A DNA stretch of 17,707 nt from Deinococcaceae bacterium (GTDB lineage Bacteria > Deinococcota > Deinococci > Deinococcales > Trueperaceae), in contig JBDZWC010000002.1 of NCBI GenBank assembly GCA_040256005.1, forward strand, positions 57,208 to 74,914, in the 5' to 3' direction. This document shows positions 8,797-15,687 of this stretch, one piece after another. The position numbers and the translations under genes are program-made. The stretch's first letter is position 1; the number at the start of each line of letters is the position of its first letter. The notes below the pieces were generated by a model, which worked only from the letters and a program-made list of their open reading frames with translations, was not told where the DNA came from and ran no database searches.

Positions 8797-9912
8797 GTGG
8801 GGCAGCTCACGGTCGAGACGGCGGAGGACGGGGCCGGGGTAAGAGCCTTCGTCGACTACCCGTACGCCAAGTACAAGGGCGACCCCAACTGGGTGGCGCC
8901 GCTGCGCATCTCGCAGTTCGAGATGCTCGACGAGAAGAAGAACCCCTTCTGGCGGCACGCCGAGAAGGCGCTCTACCTGGCCAGGCGCGACGGTCGCGTG
9001 GTGGGCCGGGTGGCGTACGTGCGCGACGACGCGCACATCAGGGTGCACGACGAGCAGCTGGCGTTCTTCGGTTTCTTCGAGGCGGAGGACGAGGAGGCGG
9101 CGAAGGCGTTGCTCCAGGTCGTGGAGAGCCACGCCTCCGCCGAGGGCCTAACGGCGGTCAGGGGCCCCATCAACCCGAGCATGAACGACGGCGCCGGCTT
9201 CCAGGTGGACGCGTTCGACGCCAAGCCCGCGGTGATGATGCCGCAGAACCCGGCGGAGTACCCACGTTGGGTAGAGGGAGCGGGCTACAGCAAGATCAAG
9301 GACCTCTACTGCTTCGAGTTCGACACGCACAAGCCCTTCGACGAGCGCATCGACCGCATCGCCGAGCGCACCAAGTCGCGTTACCCGATCGTCGTGCGGC
9401 CCGCCGACATGAAGCGCTTCGACCGCGAGATCGAGATACTCAAGACGATCCACACCGAGGCGTGGGAACAGAACTGGGGCAACGTGCCCCTCACCGACGC
9501 CGAGGTCGAGCACCTGGCGAACGACCTCAAGATGATCATCGACCCCGAGCTGGTCCTGTTCCTCGAGTACCGCGGCGAGCCCGTGGCGTTGGCCGTGACG
9601 GTACCCGACCTGAACCAGGTGCTCGCGCGGTTCAACGGGCGTCTCCTACCGTTCGGCATCGTCCACCTGCTGAGGCGCAAGCAGATCATCGACAGGGCCC
9701 GCCTCGTCATGCTCGGCGTGTTGCCAGAGCACCGCAACAAGGGCTACGACCTGCTGCTGATACACGAGGTCGTGAAGCGCGCCCGCGAGCGTGGGATCAA
9801 CGGTGGTGAGTGCGGCTGGACCCTCGAGGACAACGTGCGCATCAACAACGCTATCGAGGCCGTCGGCGGCGTGCGCAGCAAGACCTACAGGATCTTCCAG
9901 AAGGGGCTATGA
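8797..9912 (+). CDS. YghO/bCerS-family large GNAT N-acyltransferase (putative bacterial ceramide synthase), 371 aa
   Basis: YKGDPNWVAPL, KNPFWRH, GRVVGRVA, FGFFE, RGPINPSMN, MMPQNP, AWEQNWGNVPLT, PDLNQ, GRLLPFG, WTLEDN and KTYRIF match my recollection of the family. GTG 8797 is preceded by GAGGA, 8 nt after the spt stop. Confidence 0.8.
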   Translation: MGQLTVETAEDGAGVRAFVDYPYAKYKGDPNWVAPLRISQFEMLDEKKNPFWRHAEKALYLARRDGRVVGRVAYVRDDAHIRVHDEQLAFFGFFEAEDEEAAKALLQVVESHASAEGLTAVRGPINPSMNDGAGFQVDAFDAKPAVMMPQNPAEYPRWVEGAGYSKIKDLYCFEFDTHKPFDERIDRIAERTKSRYPIVVRPADMKRFDREIEILKTIHTEAWEQNWGNVPLTDAEVEHLANDLKMIIDPELVLFLEYRGEPVALAVTVPDLNQVLARFNGRLLPFGIVHLLRRKQIIDRARLVMLGVLPEHRNKGYDLLLIHEVVKRARERGINGGECGWTLEDNVRINNAIEAVGGVRSKTYRIFQKGL

Positions 9913-10643
9913 CCCTGGGCGGGGCGCTGAGGGCGCTACTCGGCGACCTCGCCTCCCTCTTCACACGCCGCGGCTCCAGGACCTGGTTCCTGCTCTCGGC
10001 AGCCACCGTGCTGCAGGTGGCGTTCTGGTACCTGGCGACGCCGGGGCCTCAGCTCATCGGCTACGCCCCGCGCGACCTGCCAACCGCCGCGGTAGGCATC
10101 ACCTGGTCGCTCGTCACGCTGCTGGCGGTGCCCGCCCTTCTGTTCACGACCACGGGGGGCACCCTCAGGGAGATGGGCCTGACGCGCGGCGACCCTCGCT
10201 TCGGCTGGCCGGCCGTCGGGGTCTGCGCGCTCGTGGCGGTGCCGCTCGTGGCGCTGGCCTCGGGGGGCGCGTCCGAACTGGCGGCCGCGTACCCCTGGGC
10301 GGGCACGGAGATCGGCAGGTCGTTGGGCACCCTGGCCGGCTGGGCCGTGCTGTACGCGCTTTACTACCTGGCCTTCGAGGCCTTCTACCGCGGTTTCCTG
10401 CTGCGGGCACTCGAGGCGCCGTTCGGCACCAGCCTGGCCGTGTGGTTACAGGCGTTCGCCGCGACGCTCGTCCACCTCGGGAAGCCCCTGCCCGAGGTGC
10501 TGGCTGCCCTCCCCGCCAGCCTGCTGTTCGGCGTGCTGGCGGTGCGCTCGAGGTCGATCTTCTACCCGGCGCTCGTGCACCTGGCGATCGGCCTGACATT
10601 GGACGTCGCCCTGCTCGCCCGCGCGGGTAACCTCCTGTCGTGA
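9909..10643 (+). CDS. CPBP (Abi / CAAX protease type II) intramembrane glutamic metalloprotease-like protein, 244 aa
   Basis: Multiple hydrophobic helices; motif 1 variant FEAFYRGFLL, motif 2 TLVHLGKPLPE, motif 3 RSIFYPALVHLAIGLTLD. ATG 9909 overlaps the upstream TGA (ATGA). Confidence 0.82.
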   Translation: MTLGGALRALLGDLASLFTRRGSRTWFLLSAATVLQVAFWYLATPGPQLIGYAPRDLPTAAVGITWSLVTLLAVPALLFTTTGGTLREMGLTRGDPRFGWPAVGVCALVAVPLVALASGGASELAAAYPWAGTEIGRSLGTLAGWAVLYALYYLAFEAFYRGFLLRALEAPFGTSLAVWLQAFAATLVHLGKPLPEVLAALPASLLFGVLAVRSRSIFYPALVHLAIGLTLDVALLARAGNLLS

Positions 10644-11632
10644 AGGTGCTCGTCACCGGCGCTCATGGGTTCCTCGGCAGCTACATCACCGAGGGGCTCG
10701 TCGCCGGCGGCGACGAGGTCGTGGCGCTGGTGTCGCCATGGGGCGACGTCGAGAACCTGGCCTCGGCCCAGGCGACGGCGCCCGTCGAGGTCGTGCGGGC
10801 GGACCTCAGCCAGCAAGGCGACCTGTCGTGGGCGCTCGAGGGCGTCGACGCCGTCGTGCACGCCGCTGCCCGGGCGGCCGACTGGGGCCCATGGGACGCG
10901 TTCTACCGGACCAACGTACTGGGGACCCAACGCCTGCTCGACGCCGCGGCCAAGGCCGGCACGAGACGGTTCGTGCTCATCTCCAGCGTCGCCGTCCACA
11001 CCTACCGGGGGTTCAGGGACGCCGACCCGCGCACTTTGCCCCGCGACAACGTCTCCAACCCGTACGCCTACTCGAAGATCCTCGCCGAGAACCTGGTGAT
11101 GACCAGACCGGACGTGGAGGGCGTCGTCGTCAGGCCGGGGCTGTGGCCTTTCGGCGCGCGCGACGCGACCTTCGAGCGGGTCGAGAGGGCGGTCGCGCGC
11201 GGCGTGATGCCGCTGCTCAAGCGCGGCGAGAGCGTCCTGAACACCACCTACGCGACGAACTTCGCTGACGGCGTGGCCCTGGCGGTGCGTTCACCCGTCG
11301 CCGCCGGCCGCGTGTACCTGTTCGCCGACCACGGCGCCCCGAGTTGGCGTGAGCTGTTCGCCGAGATGGCGCGCCTCGTCGGCAGCGCCCCTCCGCGTCT
11401 GAGCGTGCCACGCCGTCCCGCGCGGGCCATCGCGACGGGCGTGGAGGCCACCTGGCGGGCGCTCTTCCCCGCCACCGAGCCGCCGATGACGCGCTACCGC
11501 GCCGGCCTCATGGCCCACGACGTCCATTTCTCGATCCACCACGCCGTGGAGGAGCTCGGGTACGAACCGCGTGTCACGTGGCGCGAGGGGCTCGCCATCG
11601 CGCTCGAGGCGCTCCGCTCCGGCTCGCGCTGA
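10640..11632 (+). CDS. Extended SDR, NAD(P)-dependent 3-beta-HSD/OleD-like reductase (candidate 3-oxo-ceramide reductase)
   Basis: VLVTGAHGFLG, VVHAAA, TNVLGT, ISSVAV, YAYSK (YxxxK), VRPG, EPPMTRY, ELGYEP; GTGA overlap with the upstream gene. The substrate is inferred from context. Confidence 0.85.
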   Translation: MKVLVTGAHGFLGSYITEGLVAGGDEVVALVSPWGDVENLASAQATAPVEVVRADLSQQGDLSWALEGVDAVVHAAARAADWGPWDAFYRTNVLGTQRLLDAAAKAGTRRFVLISSVAVHTYRGFRDADPRTLPRDNVSNPYAYSKILAENLVMTRPDVEGVVVRPGLWPFGARDATFERVERAVARGVMPLLKRGESVLNTTYATNFADGVALAVRSPVAAGRVYLFADHGAPSWRELFAEMARLVGSAPPRLSVPRRPARAIATGVEATWRALFPATEPPMTRYRAGLMAHDVHFSIHHAVEELGYEPRVTWREGLAIALEALRSGSR

Positions 11633-12861
11633 TGCCCGCGGTGCTCTTCGCGACGATCGCCGCGGGTGGCGGCCACGTCGCCACCGCCCGCGCGATGGCG
11701 GAGGCGGTCACCGCGGCTTCCGGTGGGTCCGTGCAGGTCCGCGTCTCCGACGTGATGGCGGAGTACGGCCCGCAGAGCCTCGACGCCAGGCACAAGGCTT
11801 CCTGGAAAGCGCTACTGGGCATGCCTCCCCTCGTCAGGGCCAGCCAACGCCTGATGGACGCGGCGCCGCCGCTGAGCCGGGCCGTGCAGAACCGACTGCT
11901 GCAGGGCTTCACGACCAACGTGACCGCGGCGTTGAACCAAGAGGCGCCGACCCTCGTCGTCGTCAACCACGGCTGGCTGGCAACGGCCTTCACGCGCGCC
12001 CGTGCCCTTCACGGGCTGAAGAGCCGCGTGGCCGTGTTCGCGACGGAGCCGTTCGACGCCAGCGCGCTGTGGTCGGCACCGCTGGCGGAGACGGTGCTCG
12101 CCCCCAGCGCCGCCGCCGCCGAGGACCTGGTCCGGCTGGGCGTACCCAGCGCAGCCGTGCACGTGGCGGGCTACCCGGTGGCGGAGCGCTTCACGACCGC
12201 CCCTGACCGTGCCACCGCCAGGGAACGGTTCGCCCTGGGCGACGACTTCGTCGTGCTGATGAGCCTCGGCGCCGAGGGCGTGGCGTCTTCCGCAGCGATC
12301 GCCGCGGCGCTGGCGTTGGGCCGCGCCGGCTGCGCGGTGCTGTGCGTCACCGGGCGCAACGAGGAGCTGGCCGGCCGGTTGACGCGCGAGGCCGCCCTTG
12401 CGGGGCTGTCCGACAGGGTGAGGGCGCTGGGCTTCGTTGAGCGCATGGAGCTGCCGCTGGCGGCCTGCGACGTGATGGTGGGCAAGGCCGGGCCGGCCAG
12501 CACGCTGGAGGCGCTGGCGGTCGGCCGACCTGTGATCGCGGCCACGTACGCCGGCCTCAACGAGCTGGCCGTCGTCCGCTTCCTGGCAGCTAACGGCCTG
12601 GGCGAGCACGCCGGTTCCTTCACGGCGCTGCCTGACGTAGTGGCACGGTGGCGGGACGACCCTGGGCGCCTGGAAAGCGCCGGCCGAACGGCCGCCGCGC
12701 TCGACTTCGGCGCCATGACGGCCGGCATAGGAGCCTTCCTGGCCGCGCTGGCCGTCCACGGTGAGGCGGATCCGGCGCTGTTGAAGCCCGGGGCGCTCGC
12801 GGCCATCACCAAGCGCTCGCTCGCCCCTGCCCCTGCGCCGGTGACAGGGGTCGCGCCGTGA
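11632..12861 (+). CDS. GT28 MGDG-synthase/UgtP-like lipid glycosyltransferase, 409 aa
   Basis: AAGGGHVATARA, AGYPV, CVTGRNEEL, LGFVERM, ACDVMVGKAGPASTLEAL; ATG 11632 in a TGATG overlap. Confidence 0.85.
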   Translation: MPAVLFATIAAGGGHVATARAMAEAVTAASGGSVQVRVSDVMAEYGPQSLDARHKASWKALLGMPPLVRASQRLMDAAPPLSRAVQNRLLQGFTTNVTAALNQEAPTLVVVNHGWLATAFTRARALHGLKSRVAVFATEPFDASALWSAPLAETVLAPSAAAAEDLVRLGVPSAAVHVAGYPVAERFTTAPDRATARERFALGDDFVVLMSLGAEGVASSAAIAAALALGRAGCAVLCVTGRNEELAGRLTREAALAGLSDRVRALGFVERMELPLAACDVMVGKAGPASTLEALAVGRPVIAATYAGLNELAVVRFLAANGLGEHAGSFTALPDVVARWRDDPGRLESAGRTAAALDFGAMTAGIGAFLAALAVHGEADPALLKPGALAAITKRSLAPAPAPVTGVAP

Positions 12862-13901
12862 AGCGGCTCATCGGCGTGCTCGCCCTCTCGCTTGTGCTGG
12901 GCTTCGGCGGCCTCTACCTCGCGACCCGCGAGTCCGTCTTCTCCGTCGCCACCTACGCGGGCCTGAGGCTGGACCCTACCGTCGTCACCGTCATCGCGCT
13001 CAGCCTCCTGCTGCTGTGGCTCGCCCCGGTGGTGAAGATCAAGGCGCTGCTGGCGTCCCAGGGCCACAGGATCACGGCCTGGGAAGCGTTCACCGCCCAC
13101 GTGGGCCAGGTGTTCGGCACGGCCATGACGCCCAGCGGCACCGGCGGCGCGCCCGGCCTGGTGTTGGCGTTGGAACGCTCGGGCGTGCCCCTGGGCACCA
13201 GCGTGGGCGTGGCGGTGCAGCTCTTCATCCTCGACCTGGCGGCCCTCGGGGTGCTCATACCGATAGGCGTGGCCTACATCGTCGTCATCAGCCCGCTCAG
13301 CCTGCCGCCCGCCCTGACGGCGCTGGCGCTGGGGGCCGCGGCTGTCGCGCTGGTGGGAGCGATCGTGCTGGCGCGGTACCCGGTGGCCCTCTACCGGCTC
13401 ATCAAGCGGGTGTCGACATGGCGGCTTCTGCGGCGCTTCCGCGACCGGCTGACGCGGCTGGGTCGGGAGTACTACGTGAGCGCCGTGGCGTTTCGCGACC
13501 TGCCGCTCAAGCGCTTCGTGTACCTGCACGCCACCAACGTGGTCGCGTGGCTGGCCAACTTCCTGCTGCTGTGGGCGCTCCTGTCTGGCTACGGCGCCCG
13601 GGCCCGCCTCCTCGACGTGCTGGCAGTGCTGTCGATCATCACCCTCGTCGGCTTCTTCGTCCCGACGCCGGGGGCCGCCGGTTTCACGGAGCTGATGGTG
13701 GGCCTGGTGGTCGACAACAGCACGTCGCAGACGTCGATCGCGGCTCCGGTCGCGCTATGGCGGGCCGGCACGTTCTACGTCGTCTACCTGATCGGACCCT
13801 TGGTCGCCTGGCTGCTCATCGCGAGGCGGCCGCGTCGGCGCCCCGGCCGGCGGGGCGCTCGCCCCGCCTCGCCCGCGGACGGCCCAAGCCCAGGGGCCTG
13901 A
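12858..13901 (+). CDS. LPG_synthase_TM / UPF0104 flippase-like membrane protein
   Basis: Polytopic membrane protein with MTPSGTGGAP, FVPTPGAAGFTE and LWRAGTFY motifs; GTGA overlap with the GT28 gene. Confidence 0.85.
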   Translation: MKRLIGVLALSLVLGFGGLYLATRESVFSVATYAGLRLDPTVVTVIALSLLLLWLAPVVKIKALLASQGHRITAWEAFTAHVGQVFGTAMTPSGTGGAPGLVLALERSGVPLGTSVGVAVQLFILDLAALGVLIPIGVAYIVVISPLSLPPALTALALGAAAVALVGAIVLARYPVALYRLIKRVSTWRLLRRFRDRLTRLGREYYVSAVAFRDLPLKRFVYLHATNVVAWLANFLLLWALLSGYGARARLLDVLAVLSIITLVGFFVPTPGAAGFTELMVGLVVDNSTSQTSIAAPVALWRAGTFYVVYLIGPLVAWLLIARRPRRRPGRRGARPASPADGPSPGA

Positions 13902-15687
13902 CGAACACGCCGTCCTTCAGCTTGTCGGGTAGCGTCGCGAACAGTCGCAGCAACGGCACCTCCCGCGTGCCAGCGACGCGAGCCGGTGGGCGGCGCATGA
14001 ACGCGACGCGGGCCACCACCCTCGCCACGCTGGACGGCTCCGCTGCGTTCGCCTCTCCCCACAGGTTCGACTCGCGCAGCCGCTTCAGGTAGGCCGCCCA
14101 CGGCTCACCCTGCCGGCGGGCCTCGGCGTCGAGCAGCGTCTTCGCTCGGCGCGCGAAGCCGGTGCGCATCGCGCCGGGCTGAACGAGGACGACGTCCACG
14201 CCGAACGGCCTGAGCTCGAGACGCAGGGCGTCCGTGAACATCTCCAGGGCCGCCTTGGCCGCCGAGTAGGCCCCCATGAAAGGCGTTACCAACAGCGCGT
14301 TCGTCGAGCTCACGTTGACGATCGTGCCGCCGCCACGGCGCCGCATGCCCGGCGCGACGGCGCGAGCGGCCCTGACCGGGGCCAGGGCGTTGAGCTCGAG
14401 CTGCCTCATGACGTCTTCCCATGGCTGTGACTCGACAGGTCCGGGGCTGAGCGCCCCGACCGTGCTGACGAGCAGGTCGATCGCGCCTTCGCGCTCCTCG
14501 ACGTGGGCGACCGCGGCGGCCAGGCTCTCGTCGGCCGTCGCGTCAACCTCCAGGTGTTCGATGCGTGCCGCCCGCTCGGCGTCAGCAGCGTCGGCCCCGT
14601 GGGCGGGAGCGGAGCGCACGTCGGCGCCGTACACCCTCACGTACCTGCCGGCCAGCTCCAGGGCGACCTCGCGCCCGAGGCCCGTGGCGGCGCCGACGAC
14701 GAGCGCCGTACGCGGGCCCGGAGCGAGACCCTCGTCGCGCAGCCAGGCGGCCGTGCTCGCCATGCCCTCCTGGAACGACACCCGTGGCGCGTAGCCCAGG
14801 ACGTCGCGCGCCGCCGAGCCGTCGAACCGCGCTGTGCTCATCAGGGTAGTCAGGGTCTCGGGGACGAAGCGCGGCGGTCCGGGCAGCAGCGACGTCAGCC
14901 TGCCCACCAGCGCCGCGCCCGAGCGCGCCAGGCCGGCCGGGACGCGCCTGAGCGGAACACCGAGCATCTTGGCGTAGGCACCGAAGAACTCGCCCGTGGA
15001 GACGTCGTGCCCGGTGACGTTGAAGGCCCTGCCGGCGGCGCCGCTAGCCTCCCCTGCCGCCGCGAACGCCCTGGCAACGTCCGCGACGTAGACGGCGTCC
15101 ACCCGGTGGGAGCCGTCGCCGAGCATGACGGGCAGCCCCTTGCGCATGGCGGCCACGGGCGCCAGGGTCCACGAGCCGGAGGCCGGCCCGTAGATCAGTG
15201 TGGGTCGCAACACGACCAACTCCGTGCCCGTCCCCTCCAGCGCCGCTTTCGCCGCCGCCTCGCCGCGCACCTTGCTGTCCCCGTAGGGATCCCCGGTCGC
15301 CACGAGCGGACGGTCCTCCGTGACCGTCCCCTCGGCCACCGGCCCGTACGCGGCCATGCTGCTGGCCAGCACGAGGCGCCTCACTCCGGCGTCAGCGGCC
15401 GCCCGGGCGAGGGCGGCAGTGCCCTCGACGTTCACCTGGTCAGCGAGGCCGGCGGGCGAGCCCATCCAGGCGGCTAGGTGCTGGACGACGTCGGCGCCAG
15501 CTACCAGCTGCGCGAGGGTCCGGGGGGTCAGGAGGTCGGCATGGACGGGCTCGGCGCCCATCTGTCTCGCCAGACCGGCCTGCTCGTCCGTCCTCACGGC
15601 GGCCCTCACCACGTGGCCGCTCGCGACGAGAAGCGGCACCAGTGCGCGACCGACACCGCCGGTGGCGCCGGTGACCGCGACGATCAC
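13816..15687 (-). CDS. Two-domain oxidoreductase: N-terminal extended SDR (about 325 aa) fused to a C-terminal classical SDR, 623 aa
   Basis: Domain 1: VAVTGATGGVG, HLAA, ASSMAAYG, YGDSK, LRPTLIYGP, LGYAP. Domain 2 (from about 14712): ALVVGAATGLG, IVNVSS, YSAAK, VQPGAMRT. True start GTG 15687 overlaps the GT4 stop, with AGGAGG upstream. Confidence 0.87.
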   Translation of the reverse strand: MIVAVTGATGGVGRALVPLLVASGHVVRAAVRTDEQAGLARQMGAEPVHADLLTPRTLAQLVAGADVVQHLAAWMGSPAGLADQVNVEGTAALARAAADAGVRRLVLASSMAAYGPVAEGTVTEDRPLVATGDPYGDSKVRGEAAAKAALEGTGTELVVLRPTLIYGPASGSWTLAPVAAMRKGLPVMLGDGSHRVDAVYVADVARAFAAAGEASGAAGRAFNVTGHDVSTGEFFGAYAKMLGVPLRRVPAGLARSGAALVGRLTSLLPGPPRFVPETLTTLMSTARFDGSAARDVLGYAPRVSFQEGMASTAAWLRDEGLAPGPRTALVVGAATGLGREVALELAGRYVRVYGADVRSAPAHGADAADAERAARIEHLEVDATADESLAAAVAHVEEREGAIDLLVSTVGALSPGPVESQPWEDVMRQLELNALAPVRAARAVAPGMRRRGGGTIVNVSSTNALLVTPFMGAYSAAKAALEMFTDALRLELRPFGVDVVLVQPGAMRTGFARRAKTLLDAEARRQGEPWAAYLKRLRESNLWGEANAAEPSSVARVVARVAFMRRPPARVAGTREVPLLRLFATLPDKLKDGVFVRPLGLGRPRARRGERPAGRGADAAASR

